Shown: positions 1 through 12,932, numbered from the whole stretch's first letter. The stretch: DNA of 63,875 bases, filler included, from Atractiella rhizophila (GCA_021432655.1; 7 parts of 7 records of this genome joined end to end with filler, not necessarily neighbours in it); one strand, 5' to 3'. Notes: a model not told the origin generated them from the letters alone. Translations and numbers: made by a program.

Positions 1-471
1 GAATAGCCTTGGGTGGTCAGTGTCTTGTTACTTCTCAAATAAACCTCTCTGGATTATGGACGGCTTGACAGGTTTCCGCCGGCAAAAGAAGCAATTTCTC
101 GTCTCCCAGGGCCACCACCAATTCAAGACCCCACCAGGCCTTCGGTCAGGACTGGGGACTGGTATTCATCTGAATACGTGTCCAAACTTTTGCAGTCACC
201 ACCTCTATCTCTCGAAGACGTGCAAGTCGAGCGCTACCCGTGCAAGTTCAAGGTGGATAGCGCCCACAAATTTGCGTACGGGCAATACGGGCAACCGATG
301 TTCATCAACTTGATGACCATGACTTGGTCTGAAGAACAGAAGAAAGAATTGAAAGAACAGCTGAAAGAAAGCCTTGAGCAAGTGCTAGTCGAGCGGTACG
401 GGACTGACTCGCCATTCGAGCTGGATTTTGTCGCTGTCATTTGTACTGGAAGAAAACCAACTGCAAATTAA
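1..471 (+). CDS. 3' end of a probable SAM-dependent methyltransferase (5' part outside window)
   Basis: Removing intron 16-71 (GTCAGT..ACAG) gives NSLGW|FPPAKEAISRLPGPPP..GDWYSSEYVSKLL..LEDVQVE..FVAVICTGRKP*. This resembles the C-terminal half of fungal class I methyltransferases. The SAM-binding motif is not in the window. Confidence 0.5.
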
Positions 472-519
472 GACAGATTGTATGTAGACTTTGCACAACC
501 ATAGCAACACCTCTTGAAC

Positions 520-960
520 AGATGTCCAAGTCTGCCAAAAAAATTCTCATCGCATTGTCGCCTGTGTTAGAACTGAAAAATGAAGTCTTTGAAGCAATTC
601 GTGAAGGATATGCCCAAGACAAACAGTTATACGCATTGTATACAGCATTGAAAGATGGTATGCACGCTTGTAAAGCAGCATTACTGTCTACTCTGTCCCC
701 AACGGGTCGGAGAGATGCTGAAGACGGGCGGTTCTTTCTCATGGATAATCTGCGTTATAGACGAGACGGTCTAGACTCCATCCTAGTAATTGGAGACAAA
801 CCCGCCATTTTGAAACGCACCGATTTCTGGTGGGGTTGCAGCGACTAGTCACAGCTCCAAATCTTGTGCGCTGCAGCTTTAGCAAGACCCAGTAGTCCAC
901 ATCATCAGTTTTCACTGACGGTGATTACAGAGACTTGAGCAGAGGACCTCCAGCATGTTC
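520..960 (+). mobile_element. Degenerate Ty3/gypsy pol relic
   Basis: AIREGYAQDK..FFLMDNLRYRRDG resembles the RNaseH-integrase linker. Frameshifted SSPHHQ/TDG/TE and (W>stop)AEDLQHV resemble integrase core motifs. Confidence 0.35.
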
Positions 961-2858
961 TCAAGATGGAAGGCAAGATGAGGAGTTTGAGGACAAGTCA
1001 GTATGGGAGTACTTCAAACTGATCGCCCACAGTGTGGGATGACCATAGCAACGGTCATATCTTCCGTATTTTGTCTTCTCTTCGTATCTGGTATCCTCAT
1101 CGAAATATTGGAGACGAAATGTGACATCTTATTTTCGAGATCGCTTTCCCCACTGTCATCTGCACCACCAGCGCGAAATAATCTCCATTCAGACTTCTTC
1201 ACCCGAATCATCTCAAACACTATGGCTACTCGACATCTTTGCAGAAGGAGGAGCTAAGGATGAATCAAATATGTCGTAGAAGAGCATATCCCGGTGCAGA
1301 TGATCCTTATGTATGTACAGCTATGCCTTTTGGCAGGACTGGCGCGTATGAGACAGCACAACCTACGAGAGAACGTAACCCTTCGTAAGAAAGAGTATTT
1401 TCACAGCATATGTTATTGACGCAATTATTTGACATTATGAAGGGAGAAAATGAGAACTTAGACTACGTCAATGCTTTTGACTGTTTTGGCAAACGAGGTG
1501 TTATCTTGAACAGGCTGTCGGAATTCACCAGTCCTTCTGTCTCCCACGAGGTTGACGTCCAGTAACCGCAATCAAAAGTTTTAAGGTCAGTGAGAAAGAC
1601 TCTGACGTTGGTTAAGGCTCTGTCCGTCGCCATCCTATGCTCACTGTCACTTTTGAATGAAAGCGGTACATATAACTTGATCGCCGCATGATTGATTGAT
1701 GTCGTTGGTTTGATGCTCTCGCACTGTGACGGGGATGATGCCATGATGCTGGATCTGGGATATTTGGAGAGGATGGCGCTTATCTGATAAAAACCCGTGA
1801 CTTATCCATCGTACAACATGTCAACAAAGGTCCCTTTAACAGAAAGCGGGGGGAAAAGCGAGTCGTTCTTTCAACCTTACGTGCAGCACGAAGTCGACCA
1901 CCATGGGTTCGAGAGTGGAGGACAAACGGACAGACATGATAGAGAATTATTCATCTTGCAATCCGCGCGTTACGTGAGGACACCAAAATAAGCTAACATG
2001 AATGAAGCTGGGTGAAATTCCTCCCCGCCTTTGTCTTACAGATGAAAGGGGAGGCGTCAAAGTTGGACAGCTGTGGTGGAGCTAGTGTATCACGCCTTCC
2101 TTGGTGGCTACAAATCAGGCGGGGAAAGGTTTGCAAGGAAGGTGTGTTCAATCTGAATTATGCTAGAGGATGAAAGGGATCAGTCGGTGCTCATGCGCTC
2201 ACGGCTCAGTAGCCGTAGAGCTTGCAACTAGATTGGGTACAATTCAGCAGCATCCCATTGCAGGAGGCCATTTCTATTTAGCGAAACAGTGTGGACTCAT
2301 GCTACTCCCCAATTTCTTCATCGTCCAGCACGGTCATACAGTACTCATACTTGACATTTCCCCTGCAGTTACTGTGATGATCACATGAGCGAGAAGTGAT
2401 TGTTATATTCTGACATGTGGAAGATGAAAGTCAGAGAGAACGCATGCGCGCTAGGACTTCGCGGAGCTACGAGAACGAGCTTCACTTTGTTTGGTTTTCA
2501 TGCGCACGGAAAGCTCGCCTTGAAGTGGATGAGACGAATGGCACACTGGCACTTGATTTATGCCGTTACCCAGCCTCTTCTCACTAATTCCACCCCTTTG
2601 TTCTCAATCTGACCCCGTGGTGCATTTGGTGAGGTTGTTTGAGGAGTAGATAAGCTAGAAGTTCTGTGGTTCTAAGCCCAGCCCACCTTGCCACTCGTTA
2701 GAAGATAGCTGGAGTTGCCAACACTGTTGGTCAGAGCGGTAGTCTGTAGGTTGACTGCCTTTCCCTCAGATCCTGTTAAGTAGGGTATTGTTTCAGCTCT
2801 TCAGCAACTCTGCCTTCTTCTTGGAGGTGGCCTTTTAAGACGTTGAAGAGGAACAGGG

Positions 2859-5800
2859 ATGTATCAGTCGCTTCCAGAGCCAGATCCAGATCCGTATCGT
2901 CATCCCACATCGCCTTGGCTCAGTACCTCGGACGAGGAGGACAAGGAAGAATGTGATTATCCCACCTACAAAACAGTGGTTCCAACATCGTCACCCCTGG
3001 AACGACCACGCTCTAGCTTCAGGGCACTGGCTGATACTTTTCTCCCGTCCATTTTAGGACTGATATATGTTGTCTTTTGCATTTACGTTGCCTATTCGCG
3101 CAAAAGCGTCATTATCTCCCATTCTACGGACCACATTACAGAAATTCGAGGTGCCGTCACAGCATTGGCGAATATATGGATCTTCTTCTGCCTGCTCTTT
3201 GTTGATGCTTTGGTGGATCGCATACGGTCGGAAGAGTGGTATCGACGTCTTTCTAGAGCTTCTTCTTGGTCTTCTGCTGATGCCACTGAGGAGGAGAATG
3301 CATTGACCTTTGCGCACGTGAATCATGTTTCCTCCAACCTGGGAGGTACTTTCCGATACGCAGTGGACTTGTTTACCTTCTTTCCCGGCAGCTCTAGAGT
3401 TTTCAAATTCGTTTTTATCAGCGCTTTGCTCAGCTTAGGGCTTAACGAATTGGCGCCTTCCCTTCTGCAAGTGATTCCCGGTAAGTCTCTTCACCAACTG
3501 ACCCCGCCTCTCAAAGCTTTCTGATCTGGTTTCGGAAAGAATGGTTTTCCATTGGTAATCACAACATTACAATTCCCTCCTTGCCTCCGCTTTCCATCCA
3601 CGCCAACTCGTCGCAGCCTTTTGCTGGCACAGATTCCCTCCGCACACCTGCTACGGGATTAACCCCTTTCTTGAGTGTGGGGTTGTCGCCTAAGGTCGTG
3701 GTACCGATCCCCGTGATAAACATTCCCAACAGTTATGAGGTGTATCCCACCGATGTTGTTTCCTTGACATATGACTGTGCATGGGTGGCGCCTACATACG
3801 TCTCAGACCCAAATGGTGATAATGCTCAAGAAGTGTATGATGGAGGAGCGACTTATGGGGCGGGTGGATTTTTCGGGTTTGGGAAAGCTCCTTTCTACCC
3901 TAATAGTCAGTTATTGCATCTCACTTGCCACTCCGTAGGATTGACTGTTATCCAACCTGTTATAGGTGCAGATTTCCTCTCATCCATTTTCAAACTCGCC
4001 CCTGACAACACCTCCATCATTCCTTCTTTCGATGGTGTTATAATGGTTGCCGTTCAGACGGCTCCATTGAACGCTATTTTTGCTGAAACCTCGTGGTTCA
4101 ACTTTTCTTCTGTTCCTCAGCTCTCGATCCCTCCCTCGTGGCGCACGTATCAAGAGGAGTGGCTACTCATGGGGAACGGCCCGATCGCGAAAGAAGTGTC
4201 AATACTCTTCTGTCTTCCTCAGTTCTCCGTGCAATCTTACTCTGTCGCCGTCGACTCAGCTCAAGTGGGGGGGCAGCTGGAGAATCCACTTCCCTATCGA
4301 GTCGGGAATATTGACGAGACTCAACTGAAAATTGCTCTGTCCGACTCTCTGCACGAGCTTGCACGCACCGCCCCTTCCATTTTTACGACGGAGTTCGTGG
4401 ATCAAGAACGCAGAGCCACAAATCTTTCAAATTCTACTCTCGTTGACACTCCTGTCGACGCGAATGCCCTCTCCGAGAGCATTACCGACATGGTCCGCGG
4501 CGCACTATCTGCATATCTGACTGGCGGTCCGTTTGGTACGACGGTAATCCAAAGCCATGGTTACAGGATGGGTCTTGTGCTGCGTGCACAGAACGAATTT
4601 CTTTGGATCGTGGCTGCTTCCTTTTTCTGTCTGGCTGTAGCCGGCGGACTCGTGCTTGTTCTCCAGCATCGAGAGAAGCGCCTTGAGAGACAGCTTTCTA
4701 TTGCAGGAGTCTTGCGGCTCGTGCGTTGGGATAAGGAGACGTCTCTGGTTGGCGAAAAATGGCTTAATGGACGGGGGCTGATGGAGTTTGCAACCGACCT
4801 GACACCTGGATGCGGAATGACTGATGAAGAGGAGGAGAAGGTGCATTTTGCTTTCCGAAATTCCATGGTGCGAATAGATGACTTTCCAGCTGCGAGCGGA
4901 ACGTGCCGACTGTCCGCTTGCAGATGACGCCGGCCCCAATGAGGAAATTCAAGATAGAAGGAAGAAGTTTGAGGAAGCTCGTTGGGTTTATCACACCAGT
5001 GGTGGGAGGAGCGTTCATCGCCTTTGGAGCATACGCATATACCCACGACGTGATTATTCCCGAAGATATCGGAGATGTTCGACCGGTGCTCCTAGGAACG
5101 ACTTTCACCGTCGTCATTGGGTTGTGGAGAACTCTGGCTCTGGGTGGAACTAGGAGCTCTATTCGTGAAGTGCGATCTGAGGTACGCCTTCATTACGGAC
5201 GTTTTAAGGACGCCCGTATAGCGATATTAAGCTAACATTTCTGTTATCTAGGAATGGACACGTTTGTCAAGTCGGGCAACCACGCAGGGAATAATGGCGC
5301 AAGAAAATGTCAGAACCGCAATCGGGGACGTGTCGACAAATACTACGTCAATTGTTGATCAACTTCGACGTTCCGTCCTGTTTACACCTCACTCCCTCAT
5401 ATCCAAGTATTATCGGCTTGCAGTGCTTTCATTCCTCATCATGTCTGTTTGCTCCATCACTTCTCAAGGAGCGATCCAACTACGCCGTCGCGTAGTATCC
5501 ATTGGTTCAAGCGAACCAGTTGCTATCAATGCATACTCGACAAACGTTAGCAGCTTATACACTATTTTGAGTGCATCTCGAGAACCATGGCGCACAAGTC
5601 AAGGCATAGGTGACAGTGATTTGGATTTTGCCGTCAATGGCTGGCGCGAGGAATTTCTGATCTCGAGTGGGGTTGATTATATTGAGGAAGAGCTGGATAT
5701 CCCAGTGGCAGTCCAAATGCCTCCAACCAACGCGGAAGGATACTTTCTTCTGCAGCCTGCCGGGACGTAAGACTTAAAGGGTATCAGCATTCGCTTCTTG

Positions 5801-6723
5801 ACTGACCTCGGAGTGTGGAAAACGTCTTGCGAATGGGCTGCTCCAAGACTTCAACCGTGGAGCGCGGACATCAATAGTTCCTCCTTTGTCTCCATCCAGC
5901 TCATGGAGCACAATTTACAAGGCTTGTAGCGGTTCCTTCTCCGTTTTCCTGGTTTACTCCGCTTCAGATGCCTCAACGCATGGACAACGAAGAGTTTATC
6001 TCCAGCGGCCTCTTCGCCTGGACGCTTTTCGCAGGCTCACGCATCAATGTCGATAATGCGCCTTTCTCCGATCTTTCGGCTGATTGGCGAGATTGGCTCA
6101 CTAGCGAGATGGCTCACTATAATCCGGATTTTGGATCGTTTTACGAGATTCCCACAAGACTGACGACGCTTGTTTGCGAACCGAATATCAAGATTTTTTA
6201 TAACTCTGAAGTGACAATCTATAACAACACTGCTTCTATCCGCAAGAGGAACCGTGAATCAGAAAAGGTCGGAAACCTTGAATTCGGACAGCTGGCATTC
6301 CAAGTTTATGCTATGGGATCCATGCTGGGCGAATCAGAACTAGGTCGCTTCAGTGACAACTTACTTATCGGCTCTCGCCCTGGCCATGTAGCCCTCTCCA
6401 ACTCATCCGACGCGAATTCTATCGTGCTTCGAACGGGAGCTGAAGCAGCACGGTCGTTGAACAGTATCCTGACATCGGAGCTCAAATTGGTTGCAACAGT
6501 GAATATTCACAATGTCACCTCCCTGTCTGCTCCAGTGGGAGAACGCTATGTAGTCGACGTCTCTCTTCCTCAGCTCGTGGCCTCTGGCGTGATGTTCGCA
6601 ATACTTTCACTACTTTTACTTGTCTTCCAAGTCAGAACGAGGTTGAGAAAGTTCACTCTTGCTGGAATATTACTGGCAGGAGGCACGGACTTGCAGGACT
6701 GGAATAGAATGACTGACGATTGA
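2859..6723 (+). pseudogene. Uncharacterised two-module multi-pass membrane protein, tandem copy 1 (disrupted in module 2)
   Basis: Introns 3481-3539, 3906-3965, 4868-4923 and 5182-5251 join the ORFs. Colinear with 8764-12564. In-frame TAA at 5768-5770 and a 1-nt deletion near 5924 relative to copy 2. Confidence 0.7.
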
Positions 6724-7260
6724 GAACACCAATGGTTTGCAATTTCAATGATAGATTTAATCTGTACTATTACATGTAATGTCGACGTAACAGCAATTTT
6801 GACAATGCCAACCATTATCCAGAAGATCGACGTCACGGTAGGAATAACGTATGGACCTGGGTCTATGCCTGTTACTGACGCCCTATTCTGTGAGCAGTTG
6901 CGCTCGCGCCTGTCCCTCCCATAGGGTCACTGGATGGCGAGATCTCATGAAGGATGACGGAGAGCTCAAATGCCTCAAAAATACCATCGGGGTCGTCACA
7001 TTCTTGATCCTTTGCATCAACTGTTCGTGAGCAAATAAAGGCGGTGGCAAGAAGAATGGCGCACTCTGGCCGGGGGAGACATCAATATCGCATAGGGACT
7101 TTAGTGATTGACACACTCTCATCCTCTCATTATCATTGGTGGTTAACAAAGCGCAGCTCAGCAGAGCAAATAGATCAATTTTGAACGCATTCTTTCGCTT
7201 GCATAAAAAAATGTAAAGCAGAAGGCGACAGAACTCAGCCGCAGAAGGCGAGCTGCCCAT

Positions 7261-7889
7261 AGTAACATTTCCTCAGGAGGCAACGCAACCTTGCAATAAA
7301 GACATTGGACGAATTACTGGACTTTCTTCCGTACTTGCACATTCAAGCACTCTTGGCCAGAAACAGAAGGCAACACTATTTTATCGCTGATTTGTCGAGC
7401 TCTCGCGACTGGGCAGCATATTCTGTATCAGATTGTGTCAGAGGTAGTCTCATACTACGTGGACGATGCCTCTGTAGTTGTGGATACGATGGCTCTGCTG
7501 CTAAGAGTCATGGTTCCCCTCGACGTCTTCGATACTACTTTGGGGAATTCCCTGTCCTTCCAACACCTCTTCTCTCCCCATCATTCTTCCCCTCATTGCA
7601 ACATTCAGGTCATGCATTAGGTGATCCTGTAATGATTGTTAGTATCTCTCCTTACTCCACTATTTCGTCTCTTATGATTGTTACTTTACTCTCTTGCATC
7701 TTCGATGTTTGTTTATGGTATCATTGGTATTTCATGTTTATATAAGGCCTATCGTACAGCTATGTAAATTCAGACTTGTTCCCAGTCTCAACTCGCATCC
7801 AGCACTCCCGCATTTCTAACCTTAACCTTTCCGTATACGCCGTATTCACATAGTCTCAGGCTCAAGTTGCTTCCGTGAACATTGTTAAC
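7261..7889 (+). mobile_element. Possible solo LTR
   Basis: 629-nt non-coding segment AGTAAC..GTTAAC flanked by CCCAT/CCCGT (imperfect 5-bp TSD), with an internal TATATAAG at ~7739. No counterpart upstream of paralog copy 1. Confidence 0.3.
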
Positions 7890-8763
7890 CCCGTATCCTT
7901 TGTGGGGATGCTAATCTCTGTGGGATTGGAGTAACACAGAAGAGAAAGAACGGGTAAGATATCGGAAGGAGAAGGTCGATAGATGGCCCTGTGGTTGAAC
8001 TAGTGCATCACGTCTTCCTTGGTAGCTACAAATCATGTGGGGCAATGACAGGTGCGTTCAAATCAGTTCAAATCTAACAAATCATGCGAGCATGCAAAGG
8101 ACGCCCAGAACGGCTCAGCATGTGCTCAGAGCGCTTAGAGCTTAGTACTGTAGTTACAGAAGTTGCAACGCAACTGCTGACTCGTGAAGTATTGTGAACA
8201 GCAGATTTGAGGTAATAATGGAGAGAGCATTCCATTACTCCCAAAAGAGCATTTCCATCCAATTGGCAGATGCAGGCGTCTGCCCTCTCCTTACAATTTT
8301 CCTGCATTTAAAAGCAGGCGCCATTTCGAACGTTAATCTATCGTCCTCTTCCGTTTCTTAGGCTTTCATCCGCAGGTTACCACGGTGATTAAAATATGAG
8401 AAGGAGAGCTACAGAGAACGGCCGCACACTGCGGCCTAGCTGAACTAAGTTCAACTAGCTTTATTCTATTTTGTTTTCATGCACTACGGGAAGCTTTTTT
8501 TGATGTGAACCAGCCGGTCACAACGGAAATCGAGTGTCCATCTTTCGCAAGTTTGACAAGTGTCAATGCTCTTCCTCATAAAAGTTGGTTTATGCCTTTA
8601 ATCCTGCTTTGAAGCATGTAGCCCATATTCCGTGGAGTTGCCCACACCGTTTTCCAGAGTGCACTGGTAGTCTGTGGGTCACACTGTGTCAGCTTAAGTA
8701 GGATGTTGTTCAATTCTTCAAGCAACTCTGCCTTCTACGGTGTGAGACGTCAAAGCAACAGCA

Positions 8764-11700
8764 ATGCAGTCTGCCCCAAATCCAGACCCATATCGCCATC
8801 CCACATCGCCTGGGCTCAGTGTCTCGGACGAAGAAGCCAAGGACGACGGCCATTATCCCACCTACGAAGCCGTGGTACCTACGTCTTCGCCTCTGGAACG
8901 ACCACACTCCACCTTCTCGAGACTGGCTGATGCTTTCCTCCCGTCCATTTTGGGACTAATATATGTTATTTTTTGCATCTACGTCGCGTATTCGGGCAAG
9001 AACATCATCATCTCCCATTCTACAGACCACGCTACAGAAATTCGAGGTCTCGTCACAGCATTGACGAATATATGGATCTTCTTTTGCCTACTCTTTGTTG
9101 ACAATTTGGTGGATCGTATAAGGTCAGAAGAGTGGCACCGGCGCCTTTCTATCGCTTCTCACATCACTGGGAATGAGAATGGATTGATCTTTGCACATCT
9201 AAATCACGTCTCCTCCAATCTGGGCGGCACGCTCCGACATGCAGTGGATCTTTTCACCTTTTTCCCTGGAAGCTCTAGAGTTTTCAAAGTGGTTTTCCTC
9301 AGTGCGTTGCTCAGCTTAGCCCTTAACGAATTAGCGCCTTCCCTTCTCCAGGTCGTTGTTGGTATGTCCTCGCTCCTGACCCTCAGCATTATTCTAACAT
9401 GGTTGTGGAAAGAATGGTATTCCATTGGCATCCACAATATCCCGATCTCCGCCCTCCCGCTTCTTTCCATCCACGCCAACTTGTCCGAGCCATTTTCTGG
9501 TACCGATAGTGTCCTTACTCCTGCTACCTTTCTTGCCACCGCCTTGGCATTGGGGGGAAGTAACAGCTTGCCTGGTGTGGTGGTTCCAGTGCCCACAATT
9601 CTCATCCCTAACGGTTGGGACATGTATGCCTCCGACCTAGTTTTCTTGACTTACAGCTGCAAGTGGTTGGCTCCTACATATATTTCGGAGCCTATGGGAG
9701 ACAATGTGCAGGAAGTGCTTGTTGGTGGAGCATTGTACGGAGCCGCTGGTTTTTTCGGTTCTGGGCGAGCGCCTTTCTATCCCAACAGTGCGCCATGGTC
9801 CCTATACTTGCATTTCGTCGGATTGATGGTGATCCAACTTGCTACAGGTGTAAACTTCCTCAGGCCTATTCTGAAATTGGCTCCTTATAATATCCCTCGT
9901 TCCCTCTTTCGACGGTGCTATCATGATTGCAGCTCAGACGGGTCCATTAGACGAACTTCAAGCTAATACTCCGTGGTACAACTTTTCCTCCGCCCCCCAA
10001 TCTCCAGTACCTTCCTCGTGGCGCCTATATCAAGAGCAGTGGGCGACTATACAGAACAACTCCATCTCAACAGATGTCTCGATACTCCTCTGTCTTCCCC
10101 AAATCACCATCCAACCTTACTTGGTCACATTCTCATCACTTCCATTGTGGAAGTCCGACGAACCATTAACCCACAAGATAGGTAATATTGACGAAACTCA
10201 ACTGAAAATCGCTATGTCCGACTCTCTTGGAGGGTTCGCAGATCGCGTGCCCGGCATATTTTATCGTCAGTTTGTTTCGGAAGCCATGACTTATCCAAAT
10301 TCCACCAACCATGTTTACTATCCTATTGACGAGACCGTCCTCTCCAAACGCATTACCACGTTGGTCCAAAATGCCTTAGCAGCATATTTGACTGGTGGTC
10401 CATTTGGTACGGCAGTCGTTCCCAGCTACGGTTACCGAGATGGCCTCATCCTTCGCTCTCAGATTCAGTTTCTTTGGGTCGTAGCTGCTTTGTTTCTTTT
10501 TCTGACTGTAGCCGGAGCACTCGTCCTCGTTTTACAGCGGCGAGAGAAGGGGATTACGAGGCAGCTTTCCGTTTCGGGAGTCTTGCGGCTTACACGATGC
10601 GATACGGAGACGCCTGTCATCGTGGAGAAGTGGTTTAATGGACAGAAGGTGAAAGAGATTGCAAAGGACTTAGCAGGTGGACGTGGAATGACAGAAGAAG
10701 GCGAGGAGAATGTTCATTTTGCATTTCGAAATGCAAGGGTGCGGGTAACGCACTTTCAGGCGTCCGATGAGATGCTACAGATGCAGACAACATCGTCACC
10801 TATGCCAAAACTCGAAGTGGAAGCAAGAAAGTTTAGAAAGATTGTTGAGCTCATTACACCTGGCGTTGGAGGAACGTTCATCGCCTTTGGAGCGTACGCA
10901 TACACACATGACGTAGTTATACCTGGAGAAATTGGAGAAAATCGACTCGTTCTCCTGGGAACATTATTTACCGCCGCTATTGGGTTCTGGAGGACGTTGG
11001 CACTGGGAGGAACCAGGAGCTCCATTCGTGAAGTGCGATCCGAAGTTGGTTCTTTACTGATCCTGTGGCTCGAAGGGAGTTGATACGTCTGCTAATCTAG
11101 GAATGGACGCGGCTGTCCGATCGGGCAACATCTCAGGGGCAGATGGAGCAGGAAAAGGTCAGAAGGGCAATTGACGACATATCGACAAATACAACATCAA
11201 TTGTTGACCAACTGCGACGTTCCTTCCTGTTTTCTCCTAAATCCCTGATATCAGGCTATTATCGCCTCGCATTTCTTTCCTTCCTCGTCATGTCTGTTTG
11301 CTCCATCGCTTCTCAAGGAGCCATTCAACTTCATCGTCGCGTGGTGCCCACCGGCCCAAGCGAGACAGTTGCGATCAATTCATACTCCGCAGAGGCGTTC
11401 AGCGTGTACAGCCTTCTCACCGCACTAGGAGAGCCATGGCGTACAAGTGTAGGGCTAGGCAGTCCTGATGCAGACCCGTACATCGACTTTTTGATCCAGC
11501 AGAATATTTATACGAGCGCGTTTGGTTATCTTCACTCGGAGCTAGATTATTATGGTGGACTCGAGACGCCTTCAACGAGCGAGGAAGGCTATTTTCTAAT
11601 GGAGCCTCTCAAGACGACAGCAAACGCAAGCGCTAACGCTCACTTCTTAACCGACCTTGGGGTATGGAAGATGGTTTGCGAATGGGCTGCTCCGCAGCTT

Positions 11701-12564
11701 CAGCCATGGAGCGCAGACATCAATAGTTCCTCATTTGTCTCTATTCAGCTCACGGAGCACAACCTGCAAGGGTTTGTACAGGCTCCCCACGGTTACTCTT
11801 GGTTTCGTCCACTCCAGCGTCCTCAAAGCATCGACAGCGAAGACTTCATCTCTACCGGCCTCTTTGCGTGGACACTTTTCGCCGGCTCACGGATCAATAC
11901 CGACAGCGTCCCTTTCAGCAATCTTTCGACTGAGTGGCAAGATTGGATCAGTGGCATCGTTGCCAGCTCTAATCCCAAATATGCATCGTTTTACGAGACT
12001 CCTACAAGAATGACAACCCTCATTTGTGAACCAAATATCAAGATTCTGTACGGCTCTGAAGTAACAATTTATAACAACACTGCTTCTATTCGCAAGAGGA
12101 ACCGAGAGCAGGATAAGATTGGGAACCTCGATTTCGGACAGGTGGCGTTTCAAGTTTATGCTAGAGGCTCCATGCTGGCAGAATCTGAAGCCGGCCGTTT
12201 CAGTGATAACTTACTTATCGGATCTCGTGCTGGCAAGGTCGCCCTCTCCAACTCATCGGGTGCGAATTCCATCAAACTTCGAAGGGCGGATGAGGCGGCC
12301 AGGTCCTTGAACAGAATCATGACGTCCGAGCTAATATTCGTGGCTGGAGTCAATTCTGAGAACGCCACTACACTCTCCGCTCCAGTGGGAGAACGCCATG
12401 TAGTCGACGTCTCCCTTCCTCAGCTCGTGGCCTCCGGCGTGATGTTTGCCATACTCTCGCTCTTCATCGTCGTCTTCCAACTCCGGACAAGGCTCAGGAA
12501 GTTTACCCTTGCTGGAATCCTACTTGCAGGAGGCACTGACCTGAAAGATTGGAAGGAAGACTGA
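8764..12564 (+). CDS. Uncharacterised two-module multi-pass membrane protein, tandem copy 2 (apparent frameshift in module 1)
   Basis: Introns 9362-9412, 9788-9847, ~10739-10786 and 11045-11100 sit at the same positions as in copy 1. A 2-nt deletion near 9891 shifts frame. Module 2 is open to the stop at 12564. Confidence 0.7.
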
Positions 12565-12932
12565 CCAGAGCAGATCAGTTGCTGATGACCTCGAATGACT
12601 AGTCATTCTTGATGATAGAAATTGTATTAGGATTTGTTTTAAAGTACGACATTGAAACAATCTGAATCGATCTAGCGGATTCCTGAAGAGAGATGCCTTG
12701 TATTGGAAACTTGTACGTGAAGCAAAAAGCTACTACTTGTGAGAAACCGTCGTTGCTTTGTGGTCGGGCACTTTTAGGTGATTGTTGATGGGCAACACCA
12801 CTGTGAGACCGTGGTTTTATTGCATTGAGGAAAATGTTGATCTTGGTCTGCTAGATGTGTTTGTAATCCTCATTCGAAGTTGATTGGGATTTCAAAAATT
12901 CGCTTGCTCCCGAGCTTTTTAATGAAGGTGTA

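Noticed and set aside
2375..2413. GTGATGA..CTGA box C/D-like pair
   Set aside because: Only ~40 nt, too short for a C/D snoRNA, and not conserved in the paralogous upstream region.
4868..4927. Apparent frameshift between ORFs 3581-4927 and 4903-5235
   Set aside because: Explained by a phase-0 56-nt intron 4868-4923, with an equivalent GTGCG donor in copy 2.
5767..5929. GTAAGA..TTGTAG intron that might remove both copy-1 lesions
   Set aside because: Splicing it leaves the downstream exon out of frame, and the segment aligns as coding with copy 2.
12593..12608. Perfect 16-bp palindrome GAATGACTAGTCATTC
   Set aside because: About one is expected by chance in 64 kb; no other support.
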